From positions 17,866 to 81,865 of the forward strand of contig JBLGBJ010000008.1 of assembly GCA_047617605.1 (NCBI GenBank): DNA of 64,000 nucleotides, written 5' to 3'. Origin of the DNA: Pseudohongiellaceae bacterium (GTDB lineage Bacteria > Pseudomonadota > Gammaproteobacteria > Pseudomonadales > Pseudohongiellaceae). Position 1 is the stretch's first letter. Each line of letters opens with the position of its first letter. The notes under the pieces are model-generated. The model had not been told where the DNA came from, searched no databases, and saw only the letters and a program-made list of their open reading frames with translations. Shown in pieces: positions 19,224 to 28,240 of the stretch. The position numbers and the translations under genes were made by a program.

Positions 19224-20861
19224 ATGAAAGCGGCAGAACTATTTATAAAATGTTTAGAAAATGAAGGAGTTAAAGTCATATTCGGCATTCCCGGTGAGGA
19301 AAACATTGATGTTATGGATGCCATTTTAGACAGTACAATCAAATTCGTAACCGTGCGGCACGAACAGGGTGCTGCCTTTATGGCTGATGTCTATGGCCGC
19401 CTTACAGGTAAAGCGGGTGTTTGTTTGTCAACTCTCGGGCCGGGTGCAACGAATCTGATTACCGGCTTCGCCGATGCGAATATGGACAGGGCGCCAATAA
19501 TTGGAATAGCCGCTCAAGGTGCGACCACGCGTATGCATAAGGAAAGCCACCAGATGCTAGATCTAGTGGCTTTGTTCGATCCAATTTCAAAGTACAGTGC
19601 CGAAATAATTCATCCTGATATTGTTGCGGAAATTGTGCGCAAAGCATTCAAAGATGCACAGGCTGAGAGGCCAGGTGGAGCTTTTATTAGCTTTCCTGAG
19701 AATATTGCGGAAGCTACCGTGGCTGAGGGTAAAATACCCTTGCGAGTTCAAAAAGCTGAGATCCCCTCGCCACCAGCGGAAAAAATGGCGCAAGCAGCGA
19801 AAGTAATTTCTGCAGCCAAAAATCCAATTTTAATGGCCGGCAATGGCGTAGTGCGCGGCGGTGCGTGCGATGAGTTAATAAAATTCGCAGAAAAACTGAA
19901 TATTCCTGTTGCGACAACGTTCATGGCAAAAGGCGCTATGCCATTTTCTCACGCGCTTTCTTTGGGTACCGTAGGTCTACAGGCTCATGATTATGTAGCC
20001 TGTGGATTCGATCGCGCCGATGTCATTATTTGCGTAGGTTTCGACATGGTGGAATATCACCCGCATTTATGGCACGAGGGCAAAGACAAGAAAATAATTC
20101 ATATCGACCCAATATATGCTGAGGTGGATGAGCATTATATTTTGGAGGTGGGGGTTGTCGGCGACATTGCTGAAGCTTTGGATGGTATATCAGCTATTGC
20201 TGAGCGAGGTGAGAATAACAATAGCGGAGAGCTACGAAAACTGATCGTCGATGAACTGACAGAGATGGCCAGTGACACTAGTTTTCCAATGAAGCCGCAG
20301 CGTATTCTTTGTGATGTGAGAAAGGCACTGGGCAACGAGGACATTCTGATTTCTGACGTCGGCGCACACAAGATGTGGATAGCGCGCATGTATCAAGCAG
20401 AAGCGCCGAATACCTGCATTATTTCAAACGGCTTTGCATCGATGGGTATCGCTTTGCCAGGGGCTATATCAGCGAAAATGACCTTCCCTGAAAAAACAAT
20501 CATGGCCATCAGCGGCGACGCTGGATTCATGATGAACTCTCAGGAAATCGAAACCGCGCTGCGCTGTAACATTGCAATGATTATTATGATTTGGAATGAC
20601 AGCAAGTACGGACTGATAAAGTGGCATCAAGATAGAAAGTTCGGCAGAGATTCTCATATCGATTTCAAAAACCCAGATTTTGTTAAATACGCAGAGAGTT
20701 TTGGTGCCAAAGGTTACCGAGTCGAATCTGCCGATGAGCTCTTACCGACCATCTATAAAGCAGTGGCAGACAATACCGTTGTGATTATAGATGTGCCGGT
20801 GGATTACTCCGAAAATATGAAGCTGACAGAAAAACTAGGCAATTTGGTGTGCCCGATTTAG
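19224..20861 (+). CDS. thiamine diphosphate-dependent enzyme, acetolactate synthase (AlsS/IlvB)-like
   Basis: 545 aa. N-terminal Pyr domain (FGIPGEENIDVMDA, RHEQGAAFMADVYGRLTG, GPGATN) and C-terminal ThDP-binding GDAGFMMNSQE...NDSKYG motif. Confidence 0.85.
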   Translation: MKAAELFIKCLENEGVKVIFGIPGEENIDVMDAILDSTIKFVTVRHEQGAAFMADVYGRLTGKAGVCLSTLGPGATNLITGFADANMDRAPIIGIAAQGATTRMHKESHQMLDLVALFDPISKYSAEIIHPDIVAEIVRKAFKDAQAERPGGAFISFPENIAEATVAEGKIPLRVQKAEIPSPPAEKMAQAAKVISAAKNPILMAGNGVVRGGACDELIKFAEKLNIPVATTFMAKGAMPFSHALSLGTVGLQAHDYVACGFDRADVIICVGFDMVEYHPHLWHEGKDKKIIHIDPIYAEVDEHYILEVGVVGDIAEALDGISAIAERGENNNSGELRKLIVDELTEMASDTSFPMKPQRILCDVRKALGNEDILISDVGAHKMWIARMYQAEAPNTCIISNGFASMGIALPGAISAKMTFPEKTIMAISGDAGFMMNSQEIETALRCNIAMIIMIWNDSKYGLIKWHQDRKFGRDSHIDFKNPDFVKYAESFGAKGYRVESADELLPTIYKAVADNTVVIIDVPVDYSENMKLTEKLGNLVCPI

Positions 20862-20890
20862 TTTTTTGCGAGTAAAAAAAGGAGATTGCG

Positions 20891-22324
20891 ATGAGGGAAT
20901 TTGGACTTATGGTGCCATCGGCAACATCTGTGGGCGTGCACGAAGTCACCTCTGCGTTTGATGGCAAAGTGGTTGGAAAGGTACCATTAACAGACAAAGC
21001 CGGGGCTGAACAAGCGCTGTGCAATGCCTCTAATGCCTTTGCAGAGCGCTCTAATTGGTTGCCTGCTGAACAAAGGGTGGCGATCCTTGAAAAAACCGCA
21101 AAGCTCATGGGGGACAACCTCGAAGAACTCGTTCAGTTGGCCTTATTAGAGGGAGGCAAACCCTACTCTGATACTAAAGTAGAAGTCCTCAGAGCAATTG
21201 ATGGCGTGAAAAGCTGTGTTGAATGTATTCGCACAGATCACGGCGAAGAAATTCCCATGAGAATAAACCCGGGCTCGGCAAATCGCTTAGCTATGACTTC
21301 CCGTGAACCGATAGGGCCGGTGATGGCGGTGAGTGCGTTTAATCACCCATTGAACCTTATCGTGCATCAGGTCGCCCCGGCGGTTGCATCTGGCTGTCCA
21401 GTTATCGTTAAGCCGGCTTCGGACACGGCGCTTAGCTGTTTTCGATTTGTTGAGTTACTGCGTGAGGCGGGGCTTCCTGATGTTTTCTGCCAGGCCATCG
21501 CGGTAACGGATAATACGATAGGGGAATTTCTGGTAACCGATCCACGCATAGCCTTTTTCAGTTTTATAGGAAGCGCAAAAGTTGGCTGGATGTTGAAAAG
21601 TAAACTCGCGCCGGGTACTCGCTGTGCGTTAGAACATGGCGGGGTAGCTCCGGCCATAGTTGCTGAAGATGCTGATCTGGAGACAGCTCTGCCGTTGCTG
21701 GTCAAAGGAGCGTTTTACCATGCGGGTCAAGTCTGTGTATCTGTACAACGAGTCTATGTGCATGAATCAATCATTGGCGATGTGGCTGATCGGATGACCA
21801 AACTGGTCTCTAAGTTGAAGGTCGGCGATCCTGCTGATCCCGAGACAGAAGTTGGCCCGCTGATTAGGCATAGGGAAACAGAGCGCGTAGAAGAATGGGT
21901 AGACGACGCAGTGACAGGCGGAGCGAAAGTTTTGTGTGGTGCTAAAAAAATAAGTGATGCTTTTTATGAGCCAACTGTTTTACTTAATCCTCCGGAAAGT
22001 GCACAAATAAGTAAGACTGAAGTCTTTGGTCCGGTTGTTTGTCTTTACAGCTATGCGAACATAGAGGAAGCGATAGAACGGGCGAATGGTCTAAGCGTCG
22101 CTTTTCAGGCTAGTGTTATGACAACAAGTCTGGACACTGCCATGTTTGCGTACAAAAACTTGGCAGCATCTGCAGTGCTGGTGAATGATCACACTGCCTT
22201 TCGAGTTGACTGGATGCCATTTGCCGGTTTAAAGCAGTCGGGCTATGGGGTGGGCGGTATTCCATATACTTTTCGAGAAATGCAGGTTGAAAAATTGTTA
22301 GTGATAAAGTCTGCGTCGTTGTAG
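20891..22324 (+). CDS. NAD(P)-dependent aldehyde dehydrogenase
   Basis: 477 aa. ALDH family features include the catalytic-Cys region YHAGQVCVS, the LEHGG Glu motif and the EVFGPV motif. Starts 30 nt after the ThDP enzyme gene. Confidence 0.9.
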   Translation: MREFGLMVPSATSVGVHEVTSAFDGKVVGKVPLTDKAGAEQALCNASNAFAERSNWLPAEQRVAILEKTAKLMGDNLEELVQLALLEGGKPYSDTKVEVLRAIDGVKSCVECIRTDHGEEIPMRINPGSANRLAMTSREPIGPVMAVSAFNHPLNLIVHQVAPAVASGCPVIVKPASDTALSCFRFVELLREAGLPDVFCQAIAVTDNTIGEFLVTDPRIAFFSFIGSAKVGWMLKSKLAPGTRCALEHGGVAPAIVAEDADLETALPLLVKGAFYHAGQVCVSVQRVYVHESIIGDVADRMTKLVSKLKVGDPADPETEVGPLIRHRETERVEEWVDDAVTGGAKVLCGAKKISDAFYEPTVLLNPPESAQISKTEVFGPVVCLYSYANIEEAIERANGLSVAFQASVMTTSLDTAMFAYKNLAASAVLVNDHTAFRVDWMPFAGLKQSGYGVGGIPYTFREMQVEKLLVIKSASL

Positions 22325-22371
22325 GTAATGTCAGTGGTGATATCTAACGGCGGTTGCCAATTATCAATCAC

Positions 22372-22400
22372 CTGTCACGAAAGTTTCATAGTATCGTCAC
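22372..22400 (+). promoter_or_regulatory. orphan Pho-box-like array
   Basis: CTGTCAC-GAAA-GTTTCAT-AGTA-TCGTCAC. Three 7-nt half-sites with 4-nt spacers, and the first half-site matches the E. coli consensus exactly. About 130-185 nt upstream of the terminator at 22531-22557, with no credible ORF between. Confidence 0.35.
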
Positions 22401-22530
22401 GAGAGAGAAATATTTCACGGGTAGGCTTTGCTTAACGTGTTGTTTTACCAAATAGGACAGCCGCCTTAGCTTGGTGCTGCGATGCTCTTTTATCTTTCTC
22501 TCCAGTCGTAAACCCAATCGAATTAGTTTA

Positions 22531-22557
22531 AAGCCCAATTATGTTGGGCTTTTTTTT
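22531..22557 (+). terminator. Rho-independent terminator
   Basis: Stem AAGCCCAA / TTGGGCTT with loop TTATG, followed by a T8 run. Confidence 0.75.
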
Positions 22558-22599
22558 GTCTTTTATAAACTGAAGCTTTAGATAAGTTACTTATTGAGG

Positions 22600-22620
22600 C
22601 CGTAATATTTTTGTAACTAT
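22600..22620 (+). promoter_or_regulatory. Pho-box-like site upstream of phytase
   Basis: CCGTAAT-ATTT-TTGTAAC-TAT, 72-92 nt upstream of the phytase ATG. A weaker match than the other sites. Confidence 0.3.
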
Positions 22621-22691
22621 AAGCCTCTAGGATACCCTGTTCAGGTTTTTAGTTATTCTTCTCTAAAGCCTATGCGCAATTAAGGAATCAC

Positions 22692-23774
22692 ATGGAATTA
22701 ACAGTGCCTTCAATCAAGACTTTTCTTTTTATTGTCACAGTTAACTTGCTGTCCTGCGCTACTGAGGTAGTTGCACCAGCGCCCCCAAAAGCATTCGTGG
22801 TGGTACCTTCATTTGAAACCGAGCCGGTTGCTAACAGAGGTGATTCCGCTGATGATCCAGCCATATGGCTGCACCCGCAAGATATGACCAAGAGCTTAGT
22901 CATCGGTACTGATAAGGGCATGGGATTAGAAGTATATGACCTTCAGGGGCGCCGTGTTCAATCCATAGAAGCAGGCCGCACCAACAACGTCGATCTTAGG
23001 TATTTGAGTGGCAATGCGCGGTGGAGCGCTCTCGCCGCGGCAAGCAACCGAACAACAAATACGATAAGTTTATTTGCTATCTCTGTCAGTGGATATGTTA
23101 CTTGGTTACGCGGCAGTGAAATAGTGACTGGGCTAACCGAGCCTTATGGACTCTGTATGTTTCAGAATGCTGACGGGATGCAAGTGTTTGTTAACGATAC
23201 AGATGGGCGCTATCAGCAGTGGGGACTTAATGAAATAGGCAACAGCTTTGAGTCTGAGAAGCCTGAGTTATCAGCTTCATTGTTACGAGAATTTTCAGCG
23301 CCAAGTCAGCCAGAAGGTTGCGTCGCTGACGATATTAATGAACAGTTGTTCTTGGGTGTCGAGGCGGAAGGTGTTCGCGTGATCGATGCGAGGTTTGACT
23401 CCGCTGTTGAATTAAAGTCGATTGCGGAAATCGACGGAATCATATTGGCAGCGGACGTGGAGGGTATAGCCCTGTACCAGGATGGTGGGCAAGGTTATCT
23501 AGTTGTGTCGAGTCAGGGTAATTATAGCTATGCAGTTTACGACAGATTGGCGCCATTTAGTTATCGCGGTAGTTTTGTTATTGGAAACAATGAACTCAAC
23601 GGAATTGACGGCTCGCAGGAAACCGATGGGCTCGCTATAAGTGCTCAGTTGCGTACAGCTGACTTTCCGAACGGTCTTTTAGTCGTTCAAGATGGTTACA
23701 ATACACGTCCGATTCAGTCGCAGAATTTTAAATATATTTCTTGGGGGGAAATAGAAAAAGCTTTGTCGCTTTAG
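22692..23774 (+). CDS. beta-propeller phytase (3-phytase, BPP family), lipoprotein
   Basis: 360 aa. Lipobox LLSC. BPP-type motifs DDPAIW, GTDKGMGLEVYDLQG and ETDGLAI. Confidence 0.85.
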   Translation: MELTVPSIKTFLFIVTVNLLSCATEVVAPAPPKAFVVVPSFETEPVANRGDSADDPAIWLHPQDMTKSLVIGTDKGMGLEVYDLQGRRVQSIEAGRTNNVDLRYLSGNARWSALAAASNRTTNTISLFAISVSGYVTWLRGSEIVTGLTEPYGLCMFQNADGMQVFVNDTDGRYQQWGLNEIGNSFESEKPELSASLLREFSAPSQPEGCVADDINEQLFLGVEAEGVRVIDARFDSAVELKSIAEIDGIILAADVEGIALYQDGGQGYLVVSSQGNYSYAVYDRLAPFSYRGSFVIGNNELNGIDGSQETDGLAISAQLRTADFPNGLLVVQDGYNTRPIQSQNFKYISWGEIEKALSL

Positions 23775-23944
23775 AAAACATTACAAATTTGTTTCTTTTT
23801 TAAGTCAGTTTCATTTCAGTATTTTTACAGATAGATTACAAAATATAGGTTAAAATTCAATAAAAGTATAGCTGGCGCCTTATAAAATTTAAGCTCAGCT
23901 GAAATATTGAAATTATTTCTCTTCGATGCAGGTTTTAGACCTTT

Positions 23945-23973
23945 TTGTAATCTTCTTGTAATGTCATTTCATT
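23945..23973 (+). promoter_or_regulatory. Pho-box-like array upstream of the TonB-dependent receptor
   Basis: TTGTAAT-CTTC-TTGTAAT-GTCA-TTTCATT. Direct 7-nt repeats at 11-nt phasing, 43-71 nt upstream of the ATG at 24016, in an AT-rich intergenic region. Confidence 0.45.
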
Positions 23974-24015
23974 AATGTCCCTGACAAGAAGTTCAAAAAT
24001 AAGGGGACAAAACCA

Positions 24016-26541
24016 ATGCTCGTTAAACACTTTATTAAAAATAATCTTGCCGTTGCTATCGGCCTTACAGTTTCTGTGGAGTCTTTTGCTCAGTCTCAAA
24101 ACACGATCGAAGAAGTGGTGGTTCGTGGAAGCCGATCAAGCCTGCAAAGTGCAATTCAAAAGCAAAGGGACTCAAACAAGGTTGCCGGCGTTATTGACGC
24201 TGACTCGTTAGGTAATTTTGCGGATACCAACGTTGCCGAGTCACTGCGAAGAATATCCGGTATTATGGTCGAAAATGACCAAGGGGAAGGGCGCTACGTT
24301 ACGGTCAGAGGAATGAATACAGATTTGAACGCTATGACCATCAACGGAGTGAGTACAGCTTCTCCAGAGGATCGGCGCGGAATTACTCTTGATGGAGTGC
24401 CATCAGATCTGCTGGACAGTATGACAGTCTACAAAACTCTTACGCCAAATTTAGATGCAGACACAATTGGCGGAGCAATTGATCTGGAAACAATAACAGC
24501 ATTTTCTTATCCAGATATGTTTGTCAGGATTAAAGCAGAGACCTCCTACAACGAGCTAACTCAGGACAGCAATAATCCAAAATTAGCTGGAACTTTTACC
24601 AATAGATGGCAATTAGGTGAGGGTGAATTTGGTGTTGCTTTGGTTTTAAGCGACCAGACTCGCCGCATAGTTGCACACAATAATGAAAATGGCGGTTGGG
24701 GCGACACGGCACCCAACGACGACTATGAGACTCGCTTCTATGACTTGGAGCGCGACCGACAAGGCGTCGTCTTAGCGCTGGATTATAGGGCGGAGAATGG
24801 AAATTCTTATTTCGCTCATGTATTTCATAACGAATACACAGATACAGAATGGCGTTCAAAGTGGGAAACCAGAGATTCGTTGGAAGATAATGAGCCTGTT
24901 ATCAATGGCAATGTCTTGAGTTATGCAAATGGTCGAGCTGACAGTGAGAGCAGAAACCGAACAGAGCTAAGAGAAATTACATCTCTTCGTTTGGGTGGAA
25001 ACTTCCAGCTTTCCGATAATAGTTTGCTAGAGGTTGAACTGTTTACGTCTGCAGCCGAGCAAGACGATGGGGATCGGCAAGCGGTTGTTTTTCGAAGTTT
25101 GGAGAGCGTTGCCCCCATATTATATGACAACAGTGATTCTAAGCGGCCGACAGTTGTGTTTCCTACAGATCTTTATGCAGCCTCCGCGTTTAAATTGAAT
25201 GCATTCGAGCGTGAATTTGCGCTGAATACGGATGAAGACAATGGCTTAAAAGTTGATTTTTCCAGTCAGTTTACCGACAACACACAGCTTCAATTCGGGG
25301 TAAAGTATCGTTCTCGTGAGAAGACCAACACCTTAAATTTCTGTGGCTATAAGCCAATTGACGACCTTCTCTTATCCAGTGTGGATTTCACGACCGCGCC
25401 GCAATTTTTCAATACCATAACTGGTCCTACAGCAACTTTTGAGCAGGTGAAAGGTTTCATAAGCCAGCTCGGCAGAGGCACTACAGCGCTGTCCGATGGC
25501 ACAACGTGTCAGAACCCAGGTACGGTGTTCGAGTTTAGCGGTGACGAAGAAGAAGAATCTATTGCTGCAGACTGGGTTACCGAAGAAGATGTGCTTTCAG
25601 CTTATGCTATGGGTACGACGGTCACGGGTGATTTGACTTGGGTTTACGGCTTGCGAATAGAGGATACTGATACAACTTATCGAGGCAAAGCATTCGATGG
25701 GGCATTTGCAGGTTTTACGCAGTTTGAAAACAATTATTCATTTCTAGCGCCCTCACTGAATGTTAAGTATGACCTATCAGACAATGAGGTCATGCGCATT
25801 GGTGTTTTTAGATCACTAGTTCGGCCTGGATTTCAGGAATCCAATGCAGGGGCTGTTGTTGATACAGAAGATAATGAAATCGAAGGAGGAAACCCAAAAC
25901 TCGATCCGACTAAAGCATGGAGTTTTGACCTTACTTACGAATATTACTTAGGCACAGACACCTTCTTCAGCACTGGCTTGTTCTACAAATCCCTTACCGA
26001 TGCCGTTGTTGCCGTTGAGTCTACCGATGCACAATTTCGAGGTCAGGTTTTTGATGTGACTAGTACGTTTATAAATACTGATGACAGTAGTATCCAAGGT
26101 TTTGAAATGTCCTTTCAGACCTTACTGGAGAATGGGTTTTTATTCGTAGCGAACTATACCTTCACCGATGGAGAGACCGAACTACCAGCGGATGCGGTAA
26201 ACGGGCAAAGGACGATTCCCTTTTTCAAACAAGCTAAGAACACTGGCAATATATCCATTGGCTATGATAGAGGCCCTTGGGATGTTCGTTTAGCCGCTAA
26301 CTATCGCAGTTCTTTTTTGGACGACATCGGTGATTCACCTTTAGTTGATCGCTATACTGACGACTTTACTCAAGTTGATCTAACGGCCCGATATGAAGTT
26401 AATGAAAACTTAATGATTACGGCAGAGGCGCTCAATTTGAATGATCAGCCCGAACACTACTACTTTGGAAGTTCTTCTCGGCTGTCGCAGTATGACGAGT
26501 ATGGAACGACCTATGGGGCAGGGATTCGTTACAGTTTTTAG
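24016..26541 (+). CDS. TonB-dependent receptor
   Basis: 841 aa. Signal peptide, plug domain (EEVVVRGSR, DSLGNFADTNVAESLRRISGI), beta-barrel, and a C-terminal aromatic residue (...GIRYSF). Confidence 0.9.
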   Translation: MLVKHFIKNNLAVAIGLTVSVESFAQSQNTIEEVVVRGSRSSLQSAIQKQRDSNKVAGVIDADSLGNFADTNVAESLRRISGIMVENDQGEGRYVTVRGMNTDLNAMTINGVSTASPEDRRGITLDGVPSDLLDSMTVYKTLTPNLDADTIGGAIDLETITAFSYPDMFVRIKAETSYNELTQDSNNPKLAGTFTNRWQLGEGEFGVALVLSDQTRRIVAHNNENGGWGDTAPNDDYETRFYDLERDRQGVVLALDYRAENGNSYFAHVFHNEYTDTEWRSKWETRDSLEDNEPVINGNVLSYANGRADSESRNRTELREITSLRLGGNFQLSDNSLLEVELFTSAAEQDDGDRQAVVFRSLESVAPILYDNSDSKRPTVVFPTDLYAASAFKLNAFEREFALNTDEDNGLKVDFSSQFTDNTQLQFGVKYRSREKTNTLNFCGYKPIDDLLLSSVDFTTAPQFFNTITGPTATFEQVKGFISQLGRGTTALSDGTTCQNPGTVFEFSGDEEEESIAADWVTEEDVLSAYAMGTTVTGDLTWVYGLRIEDTDTTYRGKAFDGAFAGFTQFENNYSFLAPSLNVKYDLSDNEVMRIGVFRSLVRPGFQESNAGAVVDTEDNEIEGGNPKLDPTKAWSFDLTYEYYLGTDTFFSTGLFYKSLTDAVVAVESTDAQFRGQVFDVTSTFINTDDSSIQGFEMSFQTLLENGFLFVANYTFTDGETELPADAVNGQRTIPFFKQAKNTGNISIGYDRGPWDVRLAANYRSSFLDDIGDSPLVDRYTDDFTQVDLTARYEVNENLMITAEALNLNDQPEHYYFGSSSRLSQYDEYGTTYGAGIRYSF

Positions 26542-26641
26542 AATTGGATTGAATTCAAGAATTGAGTATGAAGACTAAGCGTTTGGGTAGAGATTAACGT
26601 GGAGTCAAAACTCGAGCAAAAATCGAGTAAAAGGAGGAAAT

Positions 26642-26667
26642 AAAAAAGAGGCCTCGGCCTCTTTTTT
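26642..26667. terminator. bidirectional Rho-independent terminator
   Basis: AAAAAAGAGGCC-TC-GGCCTCTTTTTT lies between the convergent TBDR and cytochrome c genes. Confidence 0.8.
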
Positions 26668-26702
26668 ATTTTGAGTGTAATTTGCGACTAATTTTTAACC
26701 AT

Positions 26703-27074
26703 TCACTTAAGAAGCTCTATCATCTGCGCGGTAATTAGCTCGCCTTCGTTTCCCCAAGCGTTGCTCACATAGTTGATGATCTTAGCCAAGTCCCCGTCGG
26801 ATATGGCTCCTGCGAACGCGGGCATTTCTCCCCGTCCTATAATTAATATAAGTGCTACATCGGCGGGGCTACCTTTTACAACCTCACTGCCTGCTAATGC
26901 CGGGTAGATATTAGCTATGCCCTGGCCGTTGCTTTGGTGGCACTCTACGCAATTTTGGTTGAATAGTTTTTCACCCTCAATATGCTCGTTTGAGTGGGCC
27001 GATGAAGCCATAGCAATCAAAGATATCAGCGTGAAATTGCATCGGTAGTTTTTCATTGAGTAATATAGAGACAT
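26703..27074 (-). CDS. class I c-type cytochrome (monohaem)
   Basis: 123 aa. Signal peptide, CVECH haem motif and a downstream Met ligand region (GRGEMPAF). Confidence 0.8.
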   Translation of the reverse strand: MSLYYSMKNYRCNFTLISLIAMASSAHSNEHIEGEKLFNQNCVECHQSNGQGIANIYPALAGSEVVKGSPADVALILIIGRGEMPAFAGAISDGDLAKIINYVSNAWGNEGELITAQMIELLK

Positions 27075-27191
27075 CTTGTAGCTCGGCCTTTTAATATAGC
27101 ACTAGGTTGTAGAGCTGCGAAACGCTTAGTAGGTAGATACCGCAAAAAAATGCTATAAAATGGTATTTAAAGAACTAATGCTGGGCTCAGT

Positions 27192-28196
27192 ATGTATCGA
27201 TCTTCAAAGCTTTTTATTTTCTTCATTTTTCTATTCCCTGTGTGGACTAACGCTCAAGAACAGTTAGGCCTAGAGGCTGTGTCAGCGCCTATTCCCGACG
27301 GACTTGAGACGGTTGTGTTTTTCAGCCCTGCGGTGGACAGAGAAATGAAGTTCGATATCGTGCTGCCCGCGTCCTATGCAAGCAGTGATCAGAACTATCC
27401 AGTGCTGTACCTGCTTCATGGTTATATGCAAAATTATACGGTTTGGGGACGCAATCTAGCAGCGGCGTATTACTCACGACTAATGGGTGATGTCATTTTG
27501 GTACTGCCTGATGGCGGTAATAGCTGGTTTGTAAACTATGCCAAAAGTGAAAATGGTGAGACTAACAACTGGGAAAATCATATTGTCGAGGATGTTATAG
27601 CCTATGTGGACAGCCACTATCGCACTGAAGCCCGGCGCGAGGGTCGCGCTATTTCGGGCCTGTCGATGGGTGGTTTTGGCGCCTTCGCGCTAGGTCTTCG
27701 GCGGCCTCATTTATTCGCTTCAATTGGAAGTACTAGTGGCGCTCTAAGCTATGCTCGCACAGCTGCAAAGGCTATAAGGGCAGGCGCAGATCGCCAGGCC
27801 AATACAGAAGATTCGCAGCGCGACGCGCGCATCGCGCAGGCCGATGCTTTAATTTCTCAGATAATCAATATCCCAGGGTTTAGTACTCAGACAGAACGAA
27901 CTCCGTCAGGAATTGATTTCGAAACGGCAGAGCAGGCTGATGCCTATGACCCTTTTTCCATTATCTATAAAGTCCCAAAGAGCCAGATGCCTCACATTTA
28001 CATAGATTCAGGAACTGAGGATGGGCTGATCAATGAGGCTCGTGAAATAATGCAAATATTAATTCTAAATGATGTGTCGTTTAATTACATGCAGTCCGAG
28101 GGCAAGCACAATTCGGAATACTGGAGACGCTCAATAGGCCATATGCTCTCTATACAACGAGAGGTAATGCATCGCGCACTGGGGAACCGTCCCTAG
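27192..28196 (+). CDS. secreted esterase (esterase D / putative esterase family)
   Basis: 334 aa. Signal peptide, YPVLYLLHG, and nucleophile elbow GLSMGGFGA. Confidence 0.8.
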   Translation: MYRSSKLFIFFIFLFPVWTNAQEQLGLEAVSAPIPDGLETVVFFSPAVDREMKFDIVLPASYASSDQNYPVLYLLHGYMQNYTVWGRNLAAAYYSRLMGDVILVLPDGGNSWFVNYAKSENGETNNWENHIVEDVIAYVDSHYRTEARREGRAISGLSMGGFGAFALGLRRPHLFASIGSTSGALSYARTAAKAIRAGADRQANTEDSQRDARIAQADALISQIINIPGFSTQTERTPSGIDFETAEQADAYDPFSIIYKVPKSQMPHIYIDSGTEDGLINEAREIMQILILNDVSFNYMQSEGKHNSEYWRRSIGHMLSIQREVMHRALGNRP

Positions 28197-28240
28197 TGCA
28201 ATTTATTTCACCCATCAATTTTTCAGGTAGGGCATAAGGG

